Shown here piece after piece: positions 50,758 through 59,845 of a stretch of DNA of 64,000 bases; within the stretch, counting starts at the first letter, position 1; every line of letters begins with the position of its first letter. The stretch covers positions 10,855-74,854 of the forward strand of contig VFGY01000021.1 in the NCBI GenBank assembly GCA_009392195.1, given 5' to 3'. A program made the translations under genes and the position numbers. The notes below the pieces were generated by a model. It was given only the letters and a program-made list of their open reading frames with translations, was not told the DNA's origin and did no database searches. This DNA is from SAR202 cluster bacterium. Its GTDB lineage: Bacteria > Chloroflexota > Dehalococcoidia > Lucifugimonadales > OSU-TB39.

Positions 50758-51737
50758 TGTTACTAATGGTTAGTGTTCAAAATATGGAAGAGGCGAAACA
50801 AGCTCTTAAGGGAAATGCAGACATAGTCGATGTCAAAAATCTTCAGGAAGCTTTGGTGGGTTCTGCTCATCCTTGGTTAGTGAAAGAGGTTAGGGATTAT
50901 GTACCCCAAGAAACTCATGCAAGCGTAACTCTAGGAGTTGTACCTAATCAAGTTGGTACCGTTGCAATGGCTGTATATAGTGCTGGATTACTTAATGCGA
51001 CGTCAGTGAAAGTAGGTTTTATGAAAACTGAATACCAAATGGCTGTTGATATTTTATTGGCTAGTAAAGAAGCATTGAATGGTACAGAAACTAAATTGAT
51101 TGGTTCACTTTTTGCCGATAATGAACTTTATGATGGATTAGATCCAAATAAAATGGTAGATTTAGCTAAAGATGGTGGATGCGATGGTTTTTTGATAGAT
51201 ACTCTAACAAAAGATGGAAGGAATTTATTTGACTTTATGTCTGAAGAGGTTTTGACAAATTTTGTTTATCAAGGTAAATCAATGGGAATAAGCACAGCGT
51301 TATCCGGACATCTTCGTCTTGATAATTTAGATGAATTAGCTAGGATTAATCCTGATATAGTGGGTGTTAGAGGAGCTGTTTGTTCAAAAGGAGAGAGAGA
51401 CAATTCTGTTTATTGGGAAGCAGTTGCTAATTTTCGTAAAGAACTCAATTTACGCGAGTCAGGAGAAATAGCCGTAAGAGATTTAGATGATTCTGCTAAC
51501 AGTATAAATGGTGATGAATGGATTGTAATTGATGGTACTGGTAAGAGTTGTGCAAGTATAATTTTAGAACTGTCTGAACAAGTCGAAAGAGATACGCTTT
51601 CATTTGTAGAGGTTGTTATGCCAGATGTTCTTAACACTTATGACGTAATTGTTTGGGCACAAAAGGGTGGCCATAAAGTAATATCGCAACGTAAGGAAAA
51701 TAATGGGTCTGTTCGAATTTTAGTGCAGCCAAGATGA
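50757..51737 (+). CDS. MfnB-like ((5-formylfuran-3-yl)methyl phosphate synthase family) enzyme fused to a C-terminal TusA/SirA-like domain
   Basis: Residues 1-235: LLMVS...EEA..A..G.ADIVDVKN, S.TLG, KVG, FAD, IDT..KDG.NLFDF, PDIVGVRGAVC..G.R. Residues ~255-326: IDGTGKSC..II......VEVV.PD.....DV..WA..GGH.V. Confidence 0.85.
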   Translation: MLLMVSVQNMEEAKQALKGNADIVDVKNLQEALVGSAHPWLVKEVRDYVPQETHASVTLGVVPNQVGTVAMAVYSAGLLNATSVKVGFMKTEYQMAVDILLASKEALNGTETKLIGSLFADNELYDGLDPNKMVDLAKDGGCDGFLIDTLTKDGRNLFDFMSEEVLTNFVYQGKSMGISTALSGHLRLDNLDELARINPDIVGVRGAVCSKGERDNSVYWEAVANFRKELNLRESGEIAVRDLDDSANSINGDEWIVIDGTGKSCASIILELSEQVERDTLSFVEVVMPDVLNTYDVIVWAQKGGHKVISQRKENNGSVRILVQPR

Positions 51738-51793
51738 AAGGTAGATAAGTCCAAATTCATAATAAATAGGTAATTATTAACAGATATATTGTT

Positions 51794-52030
51794 ATGGCTG
51801 AAGTAGCACAAATAATAGGTATTATTAGAGATATAATATTAGTTTGTGTATTGGTATTTGTGCTAATTGTATTGTTACGTTTGAATAGAAGATTATTGTC
51901 TGTGTTTGAATCTTTGGATAAACTAACTGCTAAGCTAAATGATTTATCTGATGGGAAGCAAATGGCGTATAATTTTGGTAAAGTAATTTCTTTTGTTGCT
52001 GGCATTTTTGGTAAACGAAATAAAGATTGA
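51794..52030 (+). CDS. Small membrane protein (DUF948/YoxC-like)
   Basis: One TM segment then a coiled coil; adjacent to a YtxH gene as in ytxG-ytxH pairs. Confidence 0.55.
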   Translation: MAEVAQIIGIIRDIILVCVLVFVLIVLLRLNRRLLSVFESLDKLTAKLNDLSDGKQMAYNFGKVISFVAGIFGKRNKD

Positions 52031-52048
52031 TAGATTAAGGAGGGTATA

Positions 52049-52375
52049 ATGGCTGACAGTGGTGGTGGTTTTATTACGGGATTTTTATTTGGTGGGATAG
52101 TAGGAGCTGCTTTTGGTTTATTGCTTGCGCCTAAGCCAGGTCAAGAAACCAGAAATGAACTTAGAAATCAATCAGATATTATTAGATCTAAAATGGAAGA
52201 TATAGGTACTGCAGCAAGGGATAGACTTGCTCCAGCAGTAGATGAAATTAAAGACAAAATTGGACCGAAAATAGATGAAGTTATTAGTAATCGCAGACAA
52301 TCATCAGGAAGGTCTGAAGATGCTATAGAGTTAGATGACGATTTTGAAGAAGAATTTGGTTTGCCAAAGCCTTAG
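52049..52375 (+). CDS. YtxH-domain protein
   Basis: F..GFLFGG.VGAA.GLLLAPK.G.ETR; AAGGAGG RBS. Confidence 0.9.
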   Translation: MADSGGGFITGFLFGGIVGAAFGLLLAPKPGQETRNELRNQSDIIRSKMEDIGTAARDRLAPAVDEIKDKIGPKIDEVISNRRQSSGRSEDAIELDDDFEEEFGLPKP

Positions 52376-52379
52376 AAGA

Positions 52380-53234
52380 TCAAGTTTTATCTTCATTGAT
52401 TTTAAATCTAGGATAAGAACCAAATAACCTAAACATCGAAGACGATTTTTTAAGAGCAGAAAGCGCTAGTTGAACTTTAGGTTCATCTCTATGGCCTAGT
52501 AAATCTATAAGAAACATGTATCTCCCGAGGGATTCTCCTGTTGGTCGGGATTCGATTTTACTCAAATTTATATCTCTTGAAGCGAATTCTCCTAAAGATT
52601 CATAAAGGATTCCAGGTCGGTCAGATTTTAGCTCAAAGCATATAGACGTTTTATCATCTCCAGTTGATTTACTGTCTTTGTTCGATAGTATGGCAAAACG
52701 AGTAGAGTTGGATTTGTTGTCTTGGATATTTTCACCGATTGTAACCGCATTATTAAGTATTGATGATCTCTTGGTGCCTATTGCTGCACTTTCGTTTTTT
52801 GATGTGTCAAGCATTTGTTTGACTGCCAAAGCAGTACTCATAGTTGCCGTGATTTTTGCATTTGGTAAGTTCTCTGAAATAAATGTTTTACATTGTGCAA
52901 TAGCTTGTGGATGTGAATATATATACTTGATGTCATTAAATGCTACTTGAGCTTTCGTAATCAAATAATGATTTATTGGTATTATCAACTCGTATTTGAT
53001 TTTAATATTTTTATGAAATATTAGAACGTCCAATGTTTCGTTTACCGACCCAGCAAGACTATTCTCTATTGGAGCCATACATTCTTCAGCTTCCCCTGTT
53101 ACTATTGAATTTACAGCGTCTCTTATTGACGGGAAAGGTATCCTGATAGCAGATGAATTGTAAGCAATACATGCTTGCTCTGTATGTGTTCCTTCTGGAC
53201 CTAAGTACGCCAGAGTTTTAGACTTGGGTTTCAT
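52380..53234 (-). CDS. pheA: Prephenate dehydratase
   Basis: AYLGPEGT, PIENS..GSV, SHPQA.AQC, N.TRF, ACT domain with INLSKIESRP. Confidence 0.96.
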   Translation of the reverse strand: MKPKSKTLAYLGPEGTHTEQACIAYNSSAIRIPFPSIRDAVNSIVTGEAEECMAPIENSLAGSVNETLDVLIFHKNIKIKYELIIPINHYLITKAQVAFNDIKYIYSHPQAIAQCKTFISENLPNAKITATMSTALAVKQMLDTSKNESAAIGTKRSSILNNAVTIGENIQDNKSNSTRFAILSNKDSKSTGDDKTSICFELKSDRPGILYESLGEFASRDINLSKIESRPTGESLGRYMFLIDLLGHRDEPKVQLALSALKKSSSMFRLFGSYPRFKINEDKT

Positions 53235-53913
53235 ATGGGCCTGACACCAACATTTCTCTTATTTGATCTTCTATATCTGCAGTCGTTACGGCTACGATTT
53301 GATCTCCTGGCTTAATCATCGTTTCCTCAGTCGGATGAGAAGTAGAACCATCAGTCGTGATTACCAAATAGGCCTCTATGTGGTTCAATAAGTTTGTGTC
53401 ACCTAATCTTACTCCGTGTAGTCCAACTTCTCTTGGTATTCTTATGGATATTATAGATTTATCTGTTTGTTCCGGTATAGGCATTAGATGTTTTAGTCCT
53501 GGTACAGAAAATGATTCCATTAGTTCTTTAAGAAGAGTTTCATTTATGTTGATTATTGTGTTTATTCCCAACAAGTTAAAAAGTTCTATTTTGTCAGATT
53601 GATTTAATACAGCTATAGTTGTTATGGCATTATCAAGTTCTTTGGAATAATCAATAGCTAATTGACATGCTATTAGGTTGACGTAATCATGTGGAGTAGT
53701 GGCAATAATTGTATCGCAACGTGTTATGCCAGCGTTAGTGAGAGAATCCCAATTAGTGCCATCTCCGAGGACAGATACCATGCCAATATTATTGTCTATG
53801 TATTTACACCTTTGAGGATCCGTGTCTATTATTGCGACTTCATTACCAGCCGCCAATAGCCATTCGGCTATCGAAATTCCAATTTTCCCTCCTCCAATTA
53901 TCACAATATGCAT
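53218..53913 (-). CDS. TrkA/RCK-family regulatory protein (RCK-N + RCK-C)
   Basis: IVIIGGGKIG, GDGT...L..AGI, D.VNL..CQLA, C-terminal PGD.I. Confidence 0.85.
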   Translation of the reverse strand: MHIVIIGGGKIGISIAEWLLAAGNEVAIIDTDPQRCKYIDNNIGMVSVLGDGTNWDSLTNAGITRCDTIIATTPHDYVNLIACQLAIDYSKELDNAITTIAVLNQSDKIELFNLLGINTIININETLLKELMESFSVPGLKHLMPIPEQTDKSIISIRIPREVGLHGVRLGDTNLLNHIEAYLVITTDGSTSHPTEETMIKPGDQIVAVTTADIEDQIREMLVSGPYETQV

Positions 53914-53925
53914 TTGCTTAAAACC

Positions 53926-54360
53926 TCAAATTATGGAAAGAATTTTTTCATTAAATAGAGTGATCGGACTATACGCTACTATGTTTTGACTATCTCCAAG
54001 CAATCTCAGTTTTTCGTTGTTAATCTTACAGATAATTTTTGATGCACTAAATAGTTGCTTCGCTAATTGTCCAATAAAGAGATTTGCTGAATCATTGCCT
54101 GTAAGTACTATTACCACCGATGAATCTTTGGACAGATTAGATAAATCATTTATAGACATTCCATCCCCGATTATTGGTACTATGTCACCATTTTTAATGT
54201 TTACGTCAGGTAATTTTGAGAAAACTTCTGGGTTTATGTCCATTATAGTTATTTTTAACCCTAAGTTATTAATTGAATTTACTAACTCGTAACCCGATTC
54301 TCCGTAACCGATTATCGTTACTTCTCTGGAAGATTCTATATTTTTTTCATCTTTATTCAT
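53926..54360 (-). CDS. Stand-alone RCK-N (TrkA-N) domain protein
   Basis: IIGYGESG, GDG, TGNDSANLFIGQLAK; 144 aa, lacks RCK-C. Confidence 0.75.
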   Translation of the reverse strand: MNKDEKNIESSREVTIIGYGESGYELVNSINNLGLKITIMDINPEVFSKLPDVNIKNGDIVPIIGDGMSINDLSNLSKDSSVVIVLTGNDSANLFIGQLAKQLFSASKIICKINNEKLRLLGDSQNIVAYSPITLFNEKILSII

Positions 54361-54851
54361 TGAATATAAGAGTACATTTCTTTTTTATCGGTGTTTTTCC
54401 AAATTATCACGTTACAATGGGCATTCTCTAATAAATAAGGTAAAACCTGACCTAAATCAAAATGACCATATTTGGTTTTATGGGGTAAACATAATATGAT
54501 GGCCTCTACATTTTTGTCTGCCGCTTCGTGCAATATACCTAATCCCACATGTCTAGATTGCAATAATTCCGCTTCAGCATTATAGTTTAGAGACTGTGCA
54601 AACGATTCACCATTTTTTAATATTGATTCGGCTTCAAAAGTAAGACTCTCAATTTCTATATCAATAGGAAAGGATCTTTTTATTTCAACAATATTGACTA
54701 GATTTACGGAATCATTCTCATTTTCTGTAATGTTGTAAGCTAGTTCAATGGCACCTTTATCTGATGCTTCTCCGCATAAAGCTACTAGTACCGACTTGAA
54801 TAATTTATTGTTATTGGTAGGTTTGGAGAATTTAAATGGAAAGAGGTTCAT
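54357..54851 (-). CDS. Universal stress protein (USP) domain protein
   Basis: VLVAL.G...D..AI.LA, V.IVEI.R..P.D, ELLQSR..G..I..EA, 'YLLENAHCNVII'. Confidence 0.8.
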   Translation of the reverse strand: MNLFPFKFSKPTNNNKLFKSVLVALCGEASDKGAIELAYNITENENDSVNLVNIVEIKRSFPIDIEIESLTFEAESILKNGESFAQSLNYNAEAELLQSRHVGLGILHEAADKNVEAIILCLPHKTKYGHFDLGQVLPYLLENAHCNVIIWKNTDKKEMYSYIQ

Positions 54852-54866
54852 TTGAATATATTTAAA

Positions 54867-55544
54867 TTACTTGTCTGAGAGGTCATTTTTAAGAGTTTCC
54901 CTTAATTGATCATCCTTCCCAGCAACTACTATAACATCTCCAGATTTTAAGTGGTCATCGGTGTCTGGAGATAGAAAAACATCTTTTCCCCTTTTTAACG
55001 CAAGCACTGCAGATTGTTTTCCTCTTGGTCCAGAAAACCCTATTTCTTTCAATGGTTTTTCTACCCATTCTATAGGCACTCGAATTACGTTTACCCCGAA
55101 ATCATTAGTAAGACCAACGTATTGTTCTACTTCAGGTGTGAATAAACTGTGAGCAACCCTGTTTCCCATCTCAGTTTCTACGTGCACTATCCTATTTACT
55201 CCTAGCCTTTCTAATGCATTACCATGAGTTTCATCATGAGCTCTAGCAACTACGTTTGTTATGCCGATCGTCTTTAATATAACGCAAGCCATAACGCTTG
55301 CAACCAAGTCGGATCCTATGGCTACTACAGCGGCATCGTAATCTTCTACCCCTAGTTCTCTTAATACCCCTTCGTTGGTACCATCGCCTGCAACCGAATG
55401 AGTGACTTGTCCCATTATGTCATGGACTTTAGATTCATCCATGTCAATGGCTAAGACATCATGACCTATATTGTAAAGAGATCTGGCTATACTTGAACCA
55501 AACCTTCCCAAACCAATAACTGCAACATTGCTTTTTTGTGCCAT
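54867..55544 (-). CDS. ktrA: Ktr system potassium uptake protein A/C (RCK)
   Basis: VAVIGLGRFGSSIA, HDVLAID, VVAIG, VVARA, E.EMG.RVA. Confidence 0.9.
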   Translation of the reverse strand: MAQKSNVAVIGLGRFGSSIARSLYNIGHDVLAIDMDESKVHDIMGQVTHSVAGDGTNEGVLRELGVEDYDAAVVAIGSDLVASVMACVILKTIGITNVVARAHDETHGNALERLGVNRIVHVETEMGNRVAHSLFTPEVEQYVGLTNDFGVNVIRVPIEWVEKPLKEIGFSGPRGKQSAVLALKRGKDVFLSPDTDDHLKSGDVIVVAGKDDQLRETLKNDLSDK

Positions 55545-55651
55545 ATTTTCCCTCTATTTTTACATTCTTAGGCTACTAATTGATTTAGTTGTTATTCGAT
55601 AGGTTATGTTACATAAAAGATATATATAGAATTATACAGAACCTATATGTT

Positions 55652-57082
55652 TTAACCTAATATTAATTCTTCTTCCGCAAACTTATAAGACGGTTTCTGA
55701 AGATTTTGGGTAATGATTAGCGCGAGTGTCATCGGCGCGATTCTTCCTATAAACATTAATGTTGAAAGTATTAGTTTGCTTAGAGAACTTGCTTGTTCAG
55801 ATAATCCGGTGGTTAATCCTACGGTGCCTAATGCTGAAATTGTTTCAAACCACACGTTAATAAAAGATTGGTTATTTTCCGTGATTGACAAAACGATACT
55901 TGTGATAAATGCACAAGATATAGCCAAGATACCTATTGATATTGATAATCGTATTTGACTTTTGGGGATTTCACGTCCAAATGCACTAGCATATGCTTTG
56001 CATCTTATTGTAGAGAAGACTGAAATAGCAATGATAGCGAGAGTATTGACTTTTATGCCACCGGCAACTGATGCAGCTGAACCTCCAATAAGCATCAACC
56101 CTGTGAAAAAAAATTTTGTATGTTGGTTTGTTTCTGCAAATTGTATTGTTGAAAATCCTGAGGTCCTGCCACTTATTGATTCAAAAATTGATATGTATAT
56201 TTGTTGTATTATTGGTAGATCTTTGATTGTTTTGGGATTATTCGATTCTGAAAACAAGAAAAATAGAGCCCCAACAAAAACCAAAGAAACTGTAGTGATT
56301 AGTACAAGTTTAGTATTTAGGTGTAACTTAGAAAACGAAAAGTTAGTTCCTACATCTAATATTGTCCAGTATCCAATCGAGCCTACAAATATTAAAGTTC
56401 CAATTATTAACAAAATTAAATAGTCATTTTGAAAATAAGATAGGCTTTCACTGTCCGGGAATATCACGAAACCAGCATTGTTGAAGGCTGATATTGAGTG
56501 GAACATAGATTGCCAAACAGCTTGTCCGAATGGATATACGTTAATTAATCGCATTAACAAAACGAAGAAACCTATTGATTGCACCAATACTGCAAACCCA
56601 ACCATTAGCAGAGTGATTTTTGCTAATCCTCCCAGTTGATTGATTTGAAAACTGTCTTTTATTAGAACTTGTTGAGATAGTGAAACGCGGTGGCCAAATA
56701 GAATAAGAAGGAATCCAGTTACGGTCATTATCCCTAGTCCACCTATGAATATCAGCATTAAAATTATAACTTGTCCAGTAGCGGACCAGTGTGTCGAAGT
56801 TGATACACTAGTTAAGCCAGTAACTGTTGCTGCAGAAGTTGCCGTGAATAATGCATCAACCAAAGGTGTGAAATTTCCGGAAGTGGTAGTAAATGGCATT
56901 GATAAAAGAATTGTGCCTATCATTATCAAACCCAAAAATATGTACATCAGCATCATTGGGGAACCGAATATTTTGGGTTGAGATCTTCTATCGGTACTTG
57001 ATATTCGTACCGTTTGGAGTTCTTCTTCTCTAGGGTGTCTTATGACCCGATCGCCTTTATTTGGTTCCCATTTTTTGTTCAT
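55652..57082 (-). CDS. ktrB: Ktr system potassium channel subunit B (TrkH family)
   Basis: Four pore-loop motifs TVTGL, NNAGF, RTSGF, GTVGL; GGIKV; MFIGR. Confidence 0.92.
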   Translation of the reverse strand: MNKKWEPNKGDRVIRHPREEELQTVRISSTDRRSQPKIFGSPMMLMYIFLGLIMIGTILLSMPFTTTSGNFTPLVDALFTATSAATVTGLTSVSTSTHWSATGQVIILMLIFIGGLGIMTVTGFLLILFGHRVSLSQQVLIKDSFQINQLGGLAKITLLMVGFAVLVQSIGFFVLLMRLINVYPFGQAVWQSMFHSISAFNNAGFVIFPDSESLSYFQNDYLILLIIGTLIFVGSIGYWTILDVGTNFSFSKLHLNTKLVLITTVSLVFVGALFFLFSESNNPKTIKDLPIIQQIYISIFESISGRTSGFSTIQFAETNQHTKFFFTGLMLIGGSAASVAGGIKVNTLAIIAISVFSTIRCKAYASAFGREIPKSQIRLSISIGILAISCAFITSIVLSITENNQSFINVWFETISALGTVGLTTGLSEQASSLSKLILSTLMFIGRIAPMTLALIITQNLQKPSYKFAEEELILG

Positions 57083-57187
57083 GAAATGAATTTATATATG
57101 ATTTCCTTTGTTACAATATTAGAAGTTTGGAATTACAATATAAATTAATAAACTATTTATCAATTATATATGCATTGAAAATATATA

Positions 57188-58351
57188 TTGTCTAATTTTA
57201 AACCATTGAATCAAATAATTGAAAAAATCGTAAATAAGATAAATGAAGATGCAGTTAAAATAAACGGTGTATTTGCTGGATCTGGATCAAGTTTTGCACA
57301 TTGGTTTTTAACAAAGGCAGGTTCATCTAAAACCCTGCTTCAGTTGGATTTTCCATATTCATATAGTGTTATTGATGAAATGCTTGGGTGTACACCCAAT
57401 GGGTACGTTAATGAGGTGGTTGCAAATGAATTTGCCAACATTGCGTATAAAAGAGCTAACAAGCTGTTAGCTCCAGAAGAAAAAATAATAGGAGTTGGGT
57501 GTACTTCAGCGCTTACATCAGAAAAACCGAAAAAAGGTGAGCACAGGGTGTATGTTTCTATAAGAAGCAGAAACGAGATGATTAATGGATATCTTAAACT
57601 TAATAAAGGTATTAGGACTCGAATTGAGGAAGAGGATTTAGTAAGCAGGTTCATATTGGATCAAATAAATCGGTTTTGTTTTAGCAGCGAAGACCAAACT
57701 TTACTTAAAGATTTAACTTCTGGAGATAAGGTGGAAAGGAAAAAAAATAAATTTTATGGTGCAGTTGAGCAGTTTTTTGAAACAGATAAACCGTTTGTGG
57801 CAATAAACAAAGATGGACATTTATTAGATTTTTCAGATTCTTTCACATATATAATTCCCGGATCATTTAATCCTTTGCATTCAGGCCATAAGCAATTGGC
57901 GGAATTTATAAAGAGAATGAAAAAATCGAGAGTAGATTTCGAGATTTCTATTTTCAATGTAGATAAAGACAATATGAATAAAGAAGAGGTGATTAATCGG
58001 ATATCTCAATTTATGGGAGTGGGTACAATAATAATATCCAAGTCTAAAACTTTTGCCGAAAAATCTATTCATTTCAAGGGATGCTCATTTGTTGTAGGAT
58101 GGGATACAGCAGTTAGGATACTTGATACTAAATATTACGATAATAATTTTGAATCAATGTTGACAGCGTTGGATATTATTAAGGAAAATCATTGCAGGTT
58201 TTTAGTTGTGGGAAGATTGGACGAATTTGGTGCTTTTAGAAATGCTAACGATATTGATGTGCCTAGTGGTTATCAAGATATGTTTACAATGATTGATGAA
58301 AAAAGGTTCAGAAATGATATTTCATCTACGGAAATTAGATCGCAAAATTGA
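57188..58351 (+). CDS. CinA-C/PncC-like domain fused to a cytidylyltransferase-like (NadD-type) nucleotidyltransferase
   Basis: N-half 'GSGS....W....GSSKTLL...PY', 'GVGCTSAL...PKKGEHR'; C-half PGSFNPLHSGH, FEIS..NVDK, VVG.DT..R, ISSTEIR. Confidence 0.75.
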   Translation: MSNFKPLNQIIEKIVNKINEDAVKINGVFAGSGSSFAHWFLTKAGSSKTLLQLDFPYSYSVIDEMLGCTPNGYVNEVVANEFANIAYKRANKLLAPEEKIIGVGCTSALTSEKPKKGEHRVYVSIRSRNEMINGYLKLNKGIRTRIEEEDLVSRFILDQINRFCFSSEDQTLLKDLTSGDKVERKKNKFYGAVEQFFETDKPFVAINKDGHLLDFSDSFTYIIPGSFNPLHSGHKQLAEFIKRMKKSRVDFEISIFNVDKDNMNKEEVINRISQFMGVGTIIISKSKTFAEKSIHFKGCSFVVGWDTAVRILDTKYYDNNFESMLTALDIIKENHCRFLVVGRLDEFGAFRNANDIDVPSGYQDMFTMIDEKRFRNDISSTEIRSQN

Positions 58352-58364
58352 TTTGGAGTAGGAG

Positions 58365-59816
58365 ATGTTTAAGGATTTATCAGATTTCATAAATTTTCTT
58401 GAAGAGAAAAATGAATTAGTTCGAATCTCGACTCCGGTAAGTTCAGAATTTGAGATTACTGAAATTGCTGATCGGACCATAAAAAGTAAGGGTCCAGCTT
58501 TGCTTTTTGAAAATGTTGATGGTCAAAAAATACCTGTTTTAATCAATTTGTTCGGTAGTGAAGCTAGAATGGCTTGGGCATTAGGTATAGATAGTCTTAA
58601 TGATTTATCTGATATTTCAAACAAATTAATAAATTTACCCAAGAACCCTCCAAAGTCATTAATGGAAAAACTGAAAATTTTGAACGAATTAATCAATCTT
58701 AGTAAAAGTTCACCTAAGATTTTGAAAAATGCTCCTTGTCAAGATATTGTCTTAAAAGGTGATGAAATTAATTTGTTCGAGTTACCAATCTTGAAATGCT
58801 GGCCTGGTGACGCAGGTAAATTTATAACGTTGCCCTTGGTCATTACTCGAAATTTGAATACTGGTCAAAGAAATGTTGGTACCTATCGTATGCAGGTATA
58901 TGATGAAAGAACAACCGGTATGCATTGGCAGACACATAAGGTTGGGACTTCCCATTACCGTAAAGCTAAAGATTTTGGGAACTCTAAGCTGGAGGTTGCA
59001 GTTGCAATTGGAGGTGATCCTGTAACTATTTGGTCTGGTTCTTTACCTTTACCACCTGACATGGATGAACTTTTAGTGGCGGGAATTTTAAAAGGAAGTT
59101 CTGTTGAACTTGTTAAATGTAAAACAGTAGATTTGGAGGTACCTGCTAACTCTGAATTCGTTTTAGAAGGATATATTGATGTTGGAGAAGAAAGGATTGA
59201 AGGCCCATTTGGAGACCATACAGGTTTTTATTCTGAGCCAGCAAAATATCCTGTATTTCACTTAACTGCATTAACACGTAAGACCAATCCGATTTATCCT
59301 GCAGTCGTAGTAGGAAAGCCACCCTCAGAAGATTATTTTATGGGCAAAGCTAGTTCCAAGTTAATGTTGCCCGCTTTGCAGTTAACGTTACCTGAAATAA
59401 TTGATGTTAACATGCCTGCCGAGGGTTTGTTTCATAACTTTGTGATTGTATCTATGAAAAAAGAATACCCGGGACATGTGAGAAAAGTGATGTATGGGTT
59501 ATGGGGTTTAGGATTAATGTCTTTAACGAAAATAATTATTGTTGTTGACCATTATGTAGACGTAGAAGATATTTCTGAAGTTGCATGGAGAATTGGTACT
59601 AATGTTGACCCTGGTAGAGATTTAGTGATTGTTAAAGGTCCAACTGATGATTTGGATCATGCTTCGGAAGTTCCAAAATATGGTGGAAAAATGGGAATAG
59701 ATGCAACTTCAAAAGGTGAATTGGATGGGTTCAATAGGGATTGGCCAGATGAGATCATGATGACCGATGAGATAAAAAAATTAGTTGATAAGAAATGGAC
59801 TAATTACAGGATTTGA
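58365..59816 (+). CDS. UbiD-family prFMN decarboxylase (menaquinone futalosine-pathway type)
   Basis: EITEIADR, GPALLFEN, LP..KCWP.D.G.FIT.P, NVG.YRMQ, MHWQ.HK, EGPFGDHTGFY, D.LDHAS. Confidence 0.93.
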   Translation: MFKDLSDFINFLEEKNELVRISTPVSSEFEITEIADRTIKSKGPALLFENVDGQKIPVLINLFGSEARMAWALGIDSLNDLSDISNKLINLPKNPPKSLMEKLKILNELINLSKSSPKILKNAPCQDIVLKGDEINLFELPILKCWPGDAGKFITLPLVITRNLNTGQRNVGTYRMQVYDERTTGMHWQTHKVGTSHYRKAKDFGNSKLEVAVAIGGDPVTIWSGSLPLPPDMDELLVAGILKGSSVELVKCKTVDLEVPANSEFVLEGYIDVGEERIEGPFGDHTGFYSEPAKYPVFHLTALTRKTNPIYPAVVVGKPPSEDYFMGKASSKLMLPALQLTLPEIIDVNMPAEGLFHNFVIVSMKKEYPGHVRKVMYGLWGLGLMSLTKIIIVVDHYVDVEDISEVAWRIGTNVDPGRDLVIVKGPTDDLDHASEVPKYGGKMGIDATSKGELDGFNRDWPDEIMMTDEIKKLVDKKWTNYRI

Positions 59817-59845
59817 GCATAACGATATATAGATTTTCATATTGA

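Noticed and set aside
57083-57187. Possible c-di-AMP (ydaO) riboswitch upstream of ktrB
   Set aside because: Region is ~105 bp, extremely AT-rich, and lacks the conserved GC-rich stems.
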